A stretch of DNA of 25,505 nt from Spirochaetales bacterium. Lineage in GTDB: Bacteria > Spirochaetota > Spirochaetia > JABEVK01. Position 1 is the first letter of the stretch. The number at the start of each line of letters is the position of its first letter. The stretch is taken from positions 1 through 25,505 of the forward strand of contig JBAXAI010000048.1 of assembly GCA_037142615.1 (NCBI GenBank), written 5' to 3'. Shown here piece by piece: positions 1 through 8,057 of the stretch. The translations under genes and the position numbers were made by a program. The notes beneath the pieces were generated by a model. It was not told the DNA's origin and did not search any database. It was given only the letters and a program-made list of their open reading frames with translations.

Positions 1-70
1 CGTTCGTCAGGTCCGAAAACGTCAGCATCGAACGCCTCGTGAGAAGATCGGGTTAGTTTCAGCTTGTTGG

Positions 71-1051
71 CTACTTCTGTTGCGGATTCAGAACCAACTG
101 GATGACTTCAGAAGACACTAGTCCCTCTAAGCCACCGGCAAAGGACAGCGACACTGAGTAGATCTTCCCGGGTTCGAACGTTGCTGATACGGGGTCTCCA
201 AACTTGTCCTTGCTGAAAAGTGGGGTCTTGTCCCCAGCCATGACTGGATAAGAACCAGCAGAAAATGGCACGAGTTTGACGTACGGGAGGACATCCGTTG
301 GGAGAACCAGGGAAGCTTCTGCTATCCCTTTCTCGTTCCAGTCGCTCGCAATTTTGAGCTTTGGCCTTCCTGTCTGTACGTGTTGTAGTGAGATGAACGG
401 ATTTACAAGTCCTGCGTCGGGTCCAGCGATGGACCCGGGAATATCGCCGACCAGAATTGCAGATTGGCCGTCCTTGAGAGGAAACATTTGTGTGGGCGAA
501 ATCCCCGTTGAGACCAGTTTCCAGTTCTCCATGTTACGAATCTCGGCCAACCCCTCGCTGCTAAGCGCCAAAACGTAGTCTTTGGTCGCGTCGAGGGTTC
601 CTATTGGCTTGCCGGCAAAGGCAACCTTGCCGTGAAGGGGTGGCGACACTTTGAGGATCACTACCAAGGTTTCCAGCCGAACAATCTTCGGCAAGGGATA
701 GACTTCACCCGACTGAAGTTCGAATGCGGTCTGGCCATCAAATAGGTCGCCTGCAAGGGCGTCAAACAAGCACACTAGGTACTGCGTCGTCCGCGGCTGC
801 GATTCCAATACCACAGCAGATCCCGCGACCTCCGGATACGTTTGCTGAATCTGCTTGCCAAGACTGACCAAGGATGAAAGTCCCACTACCGCCGCAAGGG
901 CTATTCCTGTCCACCACCAGAAGCCGTGTTTTCGCTTGACCTTGTCCTGTCGCGCGTAGGTCTTTGTTCCGAGAGCCAAGTAGTGGCCACAGTGCTTGCA
1001 TTTCAGTGCAGCATCTTGGATTTCTTCCGCGCAAGCTGGACACTTCTTCAT
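71..1051 (-). CDS. Zinc-ribbon (UPF0547-like) membrane protein with large extracytoplasmic C-terminal region, 326 aa
   Basis: ATG at 1051 follows a GAGGA SD, which is preferred over the ORF-track start at 1093. N-terminus MKKCPACAEEIQDAALKCKHCG (CxxC-x10-CxxC) is followed by a TM helix (FWWWTGIALAAVVGLSSLVSL). Confidence 0.8.
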   Translation of the reverse strand: MKKCPACAEEIQDAALKCKHCGHYLALGTKTYARQDKVKRKHGFWWWTGIALAAVVGLSSLVSLGKQIQQTYPEVAGSAVVLESQPRTTQYLVCLFDALAGDLFDGQTAFELQSGEVYPLPKIVRLETLVVILKVSPPLHGKVAFAGKPIGTLDATKDYVLALSSEGLAEIRNMENWKLVSTGISPTQMFPLKDGQSAILVGDIPGSIAGPDAGLVNPFISLQHVQTGRPKLKIASDWNEKGIAEASLVLPTDVLPYVKLVPFSAGSYPVMAGDKTPLFSKDKFGDPVSATFEPGKIYSVSLSFAGGLEGLVSSEVIQLVLNPQQK

Positions 1052-1064
1052 GCGGGCGCGTTCC

Positions 1065-1460
1065 TCAACTACCGGCCAATCGCCCAATAACATTGAGCAA
1101 CGACAGGATTATTCCGATGATCATGAAGACCCAGAGGCTCGAGATTTGTGTCTTCTTTACTGTGGAATTGTTGGGCTTTCCCTTGGAACGAAAGTAGATA
1201 ATGAGACCAATTGGCCAAGAGAAGCTCCAGAGGGCAATCCATAGGTACTTCCCCTTGCCCCATCCACCGAACTTTTTCGGGTCCTTGATTTGACCAACGT
1301 TCCATATTGAGAGTGGCTTCTTCAAACCATAATCGGTGCTCGAATCTTCGATAAGGCTCGCTGCAGTTTCATTCAATACCTTGTCTAGCACCTCACCGCA
1401 GTGTTTGCACTTGGTAGCCTCATCCTGAATCTCTTCCGCGCATGCAGGGCATTTCTTCAT
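1065..1460 (-). CDS. Zinc-ribbon membrane protein, 131 aa, two C-terminal TM helices
   Basis: MKKCPACAEEIQDEATKCKHCG N-terminus; GGAG SD; hydrophobic segments YLWIALWSFSWPIGLIIYF and LWVFMIIGIILSLLNVIG; visibly more AT-rich than core genes. Confidence 0.8.
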   Translation of the reverse strand: MKKCPACAEEIQDEATKCKHCGEVLDKVLNETAASLIEDSSTDYGLKKPLSIWNVGQIKDPKKFGGWGKGKYLWIALWSFSWPIGLIIYFRSKGKPNNSTVKKTQISSLWVFMIIGIILSLLNVIGRLAGS

Positions 1461-1521
1461 AGCATTCTCCAGACTAGTGGTTTAGCTTCCGATTCCTCGA
1501 ATCGTAGGTTCGTACATGGAA

Positions 1522-1579
1522 ACTATGAAGTCTGATAACCCCCATACACAATCAGCAAATTCCCCACCTGACGTGGGCG
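1522..1579 (-). promoter_or_regulatory. Putative activator-dependent promoter of the zinc-ribbon operon (motif copy A)
   Basis: Minus strand TTGTGT-18-CATAGT, preceded by GGTGGGGAATTTGCTGA. Aligns ungapped with 1776-1814. Confidence 0.45.
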
Positions 1580-1589
1580 GCACACACGT

Positions 1590-1751
1590 TCAACGCGGAC
1601 TCACCCTTGTCACCGATTCGCTGAAATAGAGGTTGGCAGTGGTGATTGGGCCTTTTCCGGTTCCCGGGCCTGGTGCGGTCCAGATGCCGACGGCAGCCAA
1701 GACGGAGCCAAGAATCATGGCCAACGCGATACGGAGAGCGAGCCCACGCAT
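1590..1751 (-). CDS. Small secreted/membrane-anchored protein, 53 aa (absent from the ORF track)
   Basis: Translated by hand: MRGLALRIALAMILGSVLAAVGIWTAPGPGTGKGPITTANLYFSESVTRVSPR. Basic N-region plus hydrophobic core resembles a signal peptide. It fills the gap between the regulator and the zinc-ribbon genes on the same strand. Confidence 0.55.
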   Translation of the reverse strand: MRGLALRIALAMILGSVLAAVGIWTAPGPGTGKGPITTANLYFSESVTRVSPR

Positions 1752-1756
1752 GCTTC

Positions 1757-1814
1757 AGGTTGTCGCCGGATGGCTCCCAGGCGCAATAAGAAGTTTCCCC
1801 ACCCGTAGTAGGGG
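1757..1814 (-). promoter_or_regulatory. Putative activator-dependent promoter of the 53-aa ORF (motif copy B)
   Basis: Minus strand TTGCGC-18-CAACCT-5 nt-ATG, preceded by CCCCTACTACGGGTGGGGAAACTTCTTA. Matches copy A at 27 of 39 positions. Confidence 0.45.
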
Positions 1815-1818
1815 CACG

Positions 1819-2457
1819 CTACACCAGCTGGTTCTCCTGCGCGAACTTGAGCAGCTCGACGGGGCCTTTCACGTTGAGCTTGGCGTACACGGCGGCCTTG
1901 TGGTTGTCGGCCGTCTTCGCCGAGATACCGAGCTGGAAGCCGATCGACTTGACCGACTCCCCTTTCAACAAGAGCAGGCACACTTCCCGCTCGCGGACCG
2001 TCAAGGTCTTAAGACCGGCGGGAACTTCCTGTTCACGCTCTGTGTTGGCCAGGTGCCGGGCCAAGGCATCGAGGCTGATCTGGTCGAGGTAGACGTGACC
2101 GGCCACCGCGGAACGAACGGCCTCCAGGAGCACCTTGCCGGCGCTTTCCTTGTTCACAAAGCCCTGGGCGCCTTCGCGCAGCGCCCGCAACACCAAGGCA
2201 CCTTCCCGGAACATCGACAACATCAGCACCCTCAGGCCCGGGAACCGCGTTCGCAGGTCCTTCAAATGATCAAGGCTCACTCCATCGCCAAAGCGGACAT
2301 CGAGCAGCACGAGGTCGGCGGCGCTCGCCTCAAGCACGGGGACCAATTCCTCCAGGCTCGACGCCTCGGTCAGGTGCACGTTCCCTTCCAGGTCGTGCAG
2401 GATGGACTTGAGCCCAGCCCGCACGGTGGTATGGTCGTCAGCGATCACGATGTTCAA
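1819..2457 (-). CDS. NarL/LuxR-family response regulator (REC + HTH)
   Basis: IVIADDH, DLVLLD phospho-acceptor, GFVNK and LTVREREV...LGISAKTADNHKAAVYAKL HTH. TTG start at 2457 follows GGAGG and overlaps the kinase 3' end. Confidence 0.93.
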   Translation of the reverse strand: MNIVIADDHTTVRAGLKSILHDLEGNVHLTEASSLEELVPVLEASAADLVLLDVRFGDGVSLDHLKDLRTRFPGLRVLMLSMFREGALVLRALREGAQGFVNKESAGKVLLEAVRSAVAGHVYLDQISLDALARHLANTEREQEVPAGLKTLTVREREVCLLLLKGESVKSIGFQLGISAKTADNHKAAVYAKLNVKGPVELLKFAQENQLV

Positions 2458-3535
2458 GTGGAACCTCCCACACAATGGTCACTCCCTCGGCCGTCTCCCA
2501 AGACAACCGCCCGCCGAGCAGTTCTGCCCGTTCGCGCATTCCGCGCAGTCCCAACGAACCCGTTCGGGGAACGATGTCTCGCCCGACTCCGTCGTCCCGA
2601 ACCGAGAACTTCAGCCATCCTGCCTCGTGGTGGCCCCGGATGGTGACCTTGGTCGCGTGCGCGTGTTTGGCCACGTTGTTCAGCGCCTCCTGCAGAATCC
2701 GGTAGAGGTGAATGTCGGCCCCTACCGCCAAACCTTTGTCCAGCCCGGGTTCGAGGTCAGCCGTCACGAGAAGCCCCGTTCTGGCGGCAAACTCCTGCAC
2801 CAGGTCGGTCACCGCCCGGCGCAACCCAACCAGGTCCAGAGCAGGGGGGCGCAACCCTTGGGCCAACTGCCTCACCTGGTGCTGGGCCTTGTCGAGGCTG
2901 GCCGCAAGCGCCTCGCGTTCCTGTTCGGGAACGCGCGAAAGGAGCATTTTCGCACCCGCGAGCTCCTGCGCCAACGTATCGTGCAAGTCGAGGGCGATGC
3001 GACGGCGCTCGGCCTCCACCCGTGAGAGCGACAGCCGGTAGCCTTCCTGCAGCTCCTCAAACCGGCGTCGGCGCAACGCCTGTTCTCGTCCCCAAACGAG
3101 GGCAAAGGCGATCAGCGCGACGAAGGCCACCAGGAGGGCCGCCTGAAGTTTGCCAAACGCTGATTCCTGACCGGCAGCGAACCGCTGGAACTGTTCGTCG
3201 AGTCGCGCCGGGAGCGTCGAAGTCTTCAGCAAGTCCAGGTCGCTTTGATTCAGTTCTCCAAGAACTCCCAAGGTTCTGACGGTGGCCGAGCCAGCCAGAT
3301 CCCGCAGCGAGTCGCTCAATCGCGAACGTACCTTCGGAATCACGGGATCGGACTCCGGGAGCAGGTCGAGCAGCTCCAAAGTGTCGGTTACCCGCTGCAG
3401 GCGCACCTGGTCTTCAGCCACCTTCTGGCGCGTATGGGTCGCCGAGGCATAGAGAAACAGCAGTGACGCGAGCACCGTGACCAAAAGCACGACCATGGCT
3501 ACGCCGACCTGGCTGGCCGAATCAAGAACCCTCAT
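2438..3535 (-). CDS. Sensor histidine kinase, HisKA_3 + HATPase_c, two TM helices
   Basis: H-box ERRRIALDLHDTLAQ, N-box LYRILQEALNNVAKHA, DDGVG and GLRGMRERA. Two TM helices flank a ~100-aa extracytoplasmic region. Confidence 0.93.
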   Translation of the reverse strand: MRVLDSASQVGVAMVVLLVTVLASLLFLYASATHTRQKVAEDQVRLQRVTDTLELLDLLPESDPVIPKVRSRLSDSLRDLAGSATVRTLGVLGELNQSDLDLLKTSTLPARLDEQFQRFAAGQESAFGKLQAALLVAFVALIAFALVWGREQALRRRRFEELQEGYRLSLSRVEAERRRIALDLHDTLAQELAGAKMLLSRVPEQEREALAASLDKAQHQVRQLAQGLRPPALDLVGLRRAVTDLVQEFAARTGLLVTADLEPGLDKGLAVGADIHLYRILQEALNNVAKHAHATKVTIRGHHEAGWLKFSVRDDGVGRDIVPRTGSLGLRGMRERAELLGGRLSWETAEGVTIVWEVPLEHRDR

Positions 3536-3574
3536 GTTGCCATTCTAGTGGGTGACACCTAGAATGGGCACATG
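3533..3574. promoter_or_regulatory. Symmetric bidirectional promoter, both genes leaderless
   Basis: CATGTTGCCATTCTAG-10 nt-CTAGAATGGGCACATG, with arms complementary at 14 of 16 positions. TAGAAT lies 6 nt before the ATG on each strand and there is no SD. Confidence 0.7.
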
Positions 3575-4189
3575 AATCTTCGCTCGCGTCCCTTGGTTGT
3601 CGTCGGTGTGATCGTCGCTGCGCTCGGCAACGCCGTCTTGAACTACCTCGACCATGTCCTAAACCTACCCCTGTTCTTCGACAGCTTCTTCACGGCCATC
3701 GGGGCGGCGGTCTATGGTTGGGGTCCGGGGTTGGCCATCGCCATTCTAAGCCAAGTGGCCATCCAGGCGAGCCTTGTCGTGGCCGAGAACATGGTGTGGG
3801 GAATGGCCCTCCCCTTCGTCCTGTGTCAAATCGAAACGGCTCTCGTCATCGGCTTCATGGTCCGTTTCGGGTCGTTCCGCTCGATTCCTTCGCTCATCAT
3901 CGCCGTGTTCGCCGTGGCGCTGGGCAACTCGGTGATCGGCTCACTGGTAGCCACGTTCGTGTTCGGCGGCATCACGCTGCACGGTGCTGACTTCTTGGTG
4001 GCGGGGCTCATCATGGGCGGCCAGAACCTGCTCGAAGCGTCGTTCTGGGCCCGCGTGCCCATTAACCTGGTCGACAAGGGCATCGCGGTGGTCGCGGCCT
4101 ACCTGGTGCTTCAGCGGTGGGGGGCGGCGACCGGGTTGCCCATCAGAATTCCTTCGATGGAGAGATCTTCGTCCAGCGACTCCCAATGA
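3572..4189 (+). CDS. ECF transporter S-component-like integral membrane protein (orphan)
   Basis: About 6 hydrophobic segments; motifs LPLFFDSFFT...GWGPG and C-terminal NLVDK resemble ECF S-component families. No EcfA/EcfT genes in the window. Confidence 0.72.
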   Translation: MNLRSRPLVVVGVIVAALGNAVLNYLDHVLNLPLFFDSFFTAIGAAVYGWGPGLAIAILSQVAIQASLVVAENMVWGMALPFVLCQIETALVIGFMVRFGSFRSIPSLIIAVFAVALGNSVIGSLVATFVFGGITLHGADFLVAGLIMGGQNLLEASFWARVPINLVDKGIAVVAAYLVLQRWGAATGLPIRIPSMERSSSSDSQ

Positions 4190-4368
4190 AGTCCTTGGCC
4201 GCCACCGAGCAATTCGACCTGAAGTAACTCCTCGCGTGTTGCGTGGAACAAGCGCGGCGAGTACGAAAGGGGCACTCCGAGTTGGCGGCCATCGTCCAGA
4301 AGAACCCAGAAGTTGACGTCGTCAAACCAGACCTTCTTCGCGTTGGGGACACTAGTCAAAGTGGTCAT
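4111..4368 (-). CDS. DUF2442-family protein (putative antitoxin)
   Basis: WVLLDDGRQLGVPLSYSPRLFHAT...GLHWESLDEDLSIEGIL signature; GGAGG SD; overlaps the upstream DUF4160 gene. Confidence 0.88.
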   Translation of the reverse strand: MTTLTSVPNAKKVWFDDVNFWVLLDDGRQLGVPLSYSPRLFHATREELLQVELLGGGQGLHWESLDEDLSIEGILMGNPVAAPHR

Positions 4369-4594
4369 GCCATACCTCCCGGATCAGTCGCTCGTTGGCG
4401 GCCACGATCCTCAGTACCCTCGACAACTCGTGCACTGCAAAACCGGAGCTTTCCACAACCTCAATATGAGGATCCAGCCACACTTTGGCTAGGGCAGATC
4501 CCCGCTGAACATGGATGTGTAGGGGTTCTCTCGGCGTGCCCTCGTTGCTGTAAAAGAAGAGACGGAACCCGTGGGATGTGATGACTTTCGCCAT
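4352..4594 (-). CDS. DUF4160-family protein (putative toxin)
   Basis: GFRLFFYSNEG...EPLHIHV...AKVWL...EVWHDHF signature; usual pairing with DUF2442. Confidence 0.88.
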   Translation of the reverse strand: MAKVITSHGFRLFFYSNEGTPREPLHIHVQRGSALAKVWLDPHIEVVESSGFAVHELSRVLRIVAANERLIREVWHDHFD

Positions 4595-4736
4595 ACAACG
4601 AGTAACAAAGCTGACCCACGTTTCACTTGAACAAACTTGAGTGGCCCGCCCTGAGTTCGCCGAAACGGCGCCATTTCCGCAACTTTATCTGCGAAGAACG
4701 CGCGTTTTCCGCCAGTCGCTCGCCGAAGTCGAACGC

Positions 4737-5969
4737 CTAGCTCTTGAGGAGCTTCTGAATGATCTGGGAATTGTCCAGGAGCGAACTCAGTGAGCGGTTG
4801 TGGTGTAACCGACTCATCGCCCTTGCAAACAGGTTGCTGACGTTCGCGACGGTGTACCAGGGGCGGGTGAGCAGGGCATCTTCGTGGTACACGGCGTTGG
4901 TGCCAATGATTTTGGTGAACAGGCCCTTTTCGTAGGCGTCGTCGAAGCTTTTGATGGCGTCGCCGGTAAACAGCGGCAGGCTGATGCCGGCGATGATTTT
5001 TTTGGCACCCATCTCTTTGAGCAGCTGAAAAGCTTTGATGAGCGTGCTGCCGGTGCCCAAAAGGTCGTCGGCCATGAACACGTTTTTGCCGCTCACGTCA
5101 CCGAGCAGTTTGGTGCTGGTGATGTTGCTCTCGCTGGCGCTGGTGCTCAGTTTGCTGTAGTCGCGTTCCTTGTAGAGCATGGCCAGCGGCCGCTGGACAC
5201 AGCTGGCGTAGAACTTATTGCGGTCCACCGCGCCGGTGTCGGGGCTGACAACCACGAGGTCGGGGTCCTTCAGGTCGATCAAGTCGTGCAAGCGGCGCAA
5301 AATCTGGTAGCTACCGTGCAGGTTCTCGAGATTGAGGCGCACGAAGGTGTTCTCGATTTCCTTCGAGTGGATGTCGAGCGTGATGATGCGGTTGACGCCC
5401 ATGTTCTCGAGCATTTGGCCAAAACGGGCCGCCGTGAGGCCTTCGCGTCCTTTCTTCTTGTGCTGGCGGGCGTAGGGGTAGCTGGGAATCACCACCGTGA
5501 CGCTTTCGGCCCCGGCTTGCACGGCGGCATCGACGGCGGTCATCAGGCAGATGATGTGATCGTTGATGCTCAGGGTGAACTTTTCGTCGGAGTGATGGAA
5601 CTTCACCGGGTACATGTTGGCCACGTCCTGAATGATGAACAAGTCCATACCGCGGATCGAAATGCCGATCTCGGTTTTGAACTCACCGTTGGCAAACCGG
5701 GTGAAGCTGCCCGGCACCAGCAGGCGTGGGGGCCGGTACGACGCCACCGAACCCTTGGTGTCGGTCTCACTCGTATGCAGGTCGCTGTCGAGGTTGAGCT
5801 GACGCGTCATGTCCTCACGGCTCAGGCCGTAGCGGCCGGCCATCTCGGCCATCTTCTTGTCAAAATTGCGGTGGTAGATGTTCTTCAGGTGCGAAAGGAT
5901 TTCGCCGGCCAAAGCCTTTCCGCCGGGACAGGCGAGGATGCCCATCGACGCGGGCCGGTTGAAGCTCAT
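4737..5969 (-). CDS. prs: Ribose-phosphate pyrophosphokinase
   Basis: FANGEFK, YPYARQ, ITLDIHS, VVSPDTGA and DDLLGTGST PRPP-binding motif; long N-terminal insert. Confidence 0.95.
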   Translation of the reverse strand: MSFNRPASMGILACPGGKALAGEILSHLKNIYHRNFDKKMAEMAGRYGLSREDMTRQLNLDSDLHTSETDTKGSVASYRPPRLLVPGSFTRFANGEFKTEIGISIRGMDLFIIQDVANMYPVKFHHSDEKFTLSINDHIICLMTAVDAAVQAGAESVTVVIPSYPYARQHKKKGREGLTAARFGQMLENMGVNRIITLDIHSKEIENTFVRLNLENLHGSYQILRRLHDLIDLKDPDLVVVSPDTGAVDRNKFYASCVQRPLAMLYKERDYSKLSTSASESNITSTKLLGDVSGKNVFMADDLLGTGSTLIKAFQLLKEMGAKKIIAGISLPLFTGDAIKSFDDAYEKGLFTKIIGTNAVYHEDALLTRPWYTVANVSNLFARAMSRLHHNRSLSSLLDNSQIIQKLLKS

Positions 5970-5975
5970 GGTCGC

Positions 5976-6022
5976 AGATTAACACAAGCTCCGTTGACCA
6001 TGCAAGGCGGGGGAGTTACATT
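5976..6022. promoter_or_regulatory. Divergent sigma70-type promoters for prs and hflKC
   Basis: Plus strand TTGACC(5994)-17-TACATT(6017), then AAGGAG SD. Minus strand TTGCAT-18-TAATCT-6 nt-ATG of prs. Confidence 0.65.
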
Positions 6023-6045
6023 CATCCCTGTGAAAAGGAGACAAA

Positions 6046-7047
6046 ATGTCTGATCCGAAAATGACAGCCTTTGGGATTAACTTCAGCCCGAAGCTCATCA
6101 TTGCCATCATCGTTCTGGCTCTGGTCGGGTACGCGGTGTTCAGCGCCGTCTACATCGTCGACCAGACCGAAGAGGCCGTGGTGCTTACCTTTGGCAAGTA
6201 CAGCCGTACCGAGGGCCCTGGAATGAAGTTCAAAATTCCGCTGATCGAGGAGAACTTCAACGTTCCCACCAAGGTGGTGCAGAAGATGGACTTCGGGTTC
6301 CGCATGGACAATCAGGAGTTCCTCGGCGGAACCACCGAAGCCGCCCGAGCCAGCTACAAGGATGAGTCCACCATGCTGACCGGCGACCTCAACATCGTCG
6401 ACATCACCTGGATCATCCAGTACCGCATCACCGACCCACGAGCTTGGTTGTTCGGACTCGACAGCAAGGAAAAGACGGTGCGCGACATCAGCCAGTCGGT
6501 GGTGAGCCAACTGGTCGGCGACCGGGCCATCCTCGACATCTTGGGCACCGAGCGCGAAAGCATTCAGGCCAAGGCCACCGAGATGATGAACGATTTGTTC
6601 ACCAGCTACGGTATCGGCGTGTTGGTTACCGGCACCCAGCTCAAGGATATTTTTCCGCCCGAAGGCACCGTCAAGGCCGCCTTCGACGACGTCAACGTCG
6701 CCTTTCAGGACATGAGCCGCTTGATCAACGAAGGTAACGAGACCTACAACAAAGAAATTCCCCGCGCCGCGGGCGAGGCCCAGCAGGCCATCCAGGTGGC
6801 CGAAGGTTACGCCACCGAGCGCGTGAACAAGGCCGTGGGCGACGTCGCCCGCTTCAAAGCCGTGCTCGGTGAATACCGACGCAGCCCCGAAGTCACCCGT
6901 AACCGCCTCTACCTCGAAATGGTCGAAAACGTGTTCGCAGGCCAGGAAGGCACCGACCTCGTCGACAAGAAACTCGGCAGCTTCCTGCCGCTCAAGACCC
7001 TGACTGGCAAGACGAGCGCCCCTGCCGTCGCAGGAGGGACCCAGTAA
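6046..7047 (+). CDS. hflK: FtsH protease modulator HflK (SPFH)
   Basis: N-terminal TM; MLTGDLNIVD, IQYRITDP, AFDDVN, IPRAAGEA and PEVTRNRLYLE motifs; AAGGAG SD. Confidence 0.95.
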   Translation: MSDPKMTAFGINFSPKLIIAIIVLALVGYAVFSAVYIVDQTEEAVVLTFGKYSRTEGPGMKFKIPLIEENFNVPTKVVQKMDFGFRMDNQEFLGGTTEAARASYKDESTMLTGDLNIVDITWIIQYRITDPRAWLFGLDSKEKTVRDISQSVVSQLVGDRAILDILGTERESIQAKATEMMNDLFTSYGIGVLVTGTQLKDIFPPEGTVKAAFDDVNVAFQDMSRLINEGNETYNKEIPRAAGEAQQAIQVAEGYATERVNKAVGDVARFKAVLGEYRRSPEVTRNRLYLEMVENVFAGQEGTDLVDKKLGSFLPLKTLTGKTSAPAVAGGTQ

Positions 7048-8048
7048 TGGCTAAGACCAACAACAACCAGCTGTTCACCATCATCGGCGTGGCCGTGGCG
7101 GTCGTCGTCATCGGCTTTCTGGTGGCCGGTCCGTTCTACCAGATCCGCGAAGGCGAGCAGGCTGTGATCACCCAGTTTGGCGAAGCCGTGGGCACCGAAA
7201 CCACCGCCGGACTCAAGTTCAAGATTCCGCTCATCCAGGAAGCGAACATCTATCCCAAAAAGATCATGAGCTGGGACGGCGAACCACAGCTGATTCCTAC
7301 CCAGGAAAACCAGTTCATCTGGGTCGACAGCACCGCGCGCTGGCGCATCACCGACCTTCGCAAGTTCTACGAGTCGACCAAGACCCTCAGCCGCGCCTAC
7401 AGCCGCTTGGACGAAATCATCGACCCTGCCGTGCGCAAGGTGATCTCGACCAACCCGCTGCAAGAGGCCGTGCGGAGCACCGACATCATCAACGAGACCA
7501 AACGGAGCGGAGCCCTCACGGGGGCCAACGGTGAGGAAATCGAGGCGCTCAAGAGCCTGATCAGCAGCAACACCGACTTCAACGCCATCAAGACCGGTCG
7601 GCGCAAGATCAGCCAGGAAGTGCTGGCGGGGGTCAAGACGAACATCCAGACCCAGTTCGGCATCGAGATCATCGACGTGCTGATCCGCCAGATCCGTTAC
7701 AGCGACCAACTGACCGAGTCGGTGTACAGCCGCATGATCACCGAACGTAAGCAGTTGGCCGAAGGCTACCGCAGCTACGGTCAGGGCAAAAAGCAGGAAC
7801 TGTTGGGCAAGATGGAACGCGAGAAGAAGTCGTTGCTGTCGGAAGCGTATGCCAAGGCCGAACAAGTCAAGGGTGACGCCGACGCCAAGGCTGCACGCAT
7901 CTATTCTGACGCGTATGGGTCCGATCCGGAGTTCTACAACTTCTGGAAATCGATCGAAAGTTACAAGACGACGATGCCGCAGTTCCAGAAGACCATGACC
8001 ACCGACATGGACTACTTCAAGTACCTGTACTCGCCAAGAGGCCGGTAG
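7047..8048 (+). CDS. hflC: FtsH protease modulator HflC (SPFH)
   Basis: VITQFG, GLKFKIP, VYSRMITER and DPEFYNFWKS motifs; TAATG coupling to hflK. Confidence 0.95.
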   Translation: MAKTNNNQLFTIIGVAVAVVVIGFLVAGPFYQIREGEQAVITQFGEAVGTETTAGLKFKIPLIQEANIYPKKIMSWDGEPQLIPTQENQFIWVDSTARWRITDLRKFYESTKTLSRAYSRLDEIIDPAVRKVISTNPLQEAVRSTDIINETKRSGALTGANGEEIEALKSLISSNTDFNAIKTGRRKISQEVLAGVKTNIQTQFGIEIIDVLIRQIRYSDQLTESVYSRMITERKQLAEGYRSYGQGKKQELLGKMEREKKSLLSEAYAKAEQVKGDADAKAARIYSDAYGSDPEFYNFWKSIESYKTTMPQFQKTMTTDMDYFKYLYSPRGR

Positions 8049-8057
8049 CCAAGCGTT

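Noticed and set aside
3-56. Possible 3' end of a plus-strand gene (FVRSENVSIERLVRRSG-stop)
   Set aside because: Too short to support without upstream sequence.
1482-1517. 11-codon uORF MYEPTIRGIGS in the zinc-ribbon operon leader
   Set aside because: No SD, the ATG is only 4 nt from the -10, and there is no attenuator structure; likely chance.
1-1630. Integron cassette array suggested by tandem AT-richer genes
   Set aside because: No RYYYAAC...GTTRRRY attC structure was found, and the two genes are only 13 bp apart.
4595-4736. Possible gene relic or ncRNA between DUF4160 and prs
   Set aside because: No recognisable protein motif in any frame examined and no convincing RNA structure.
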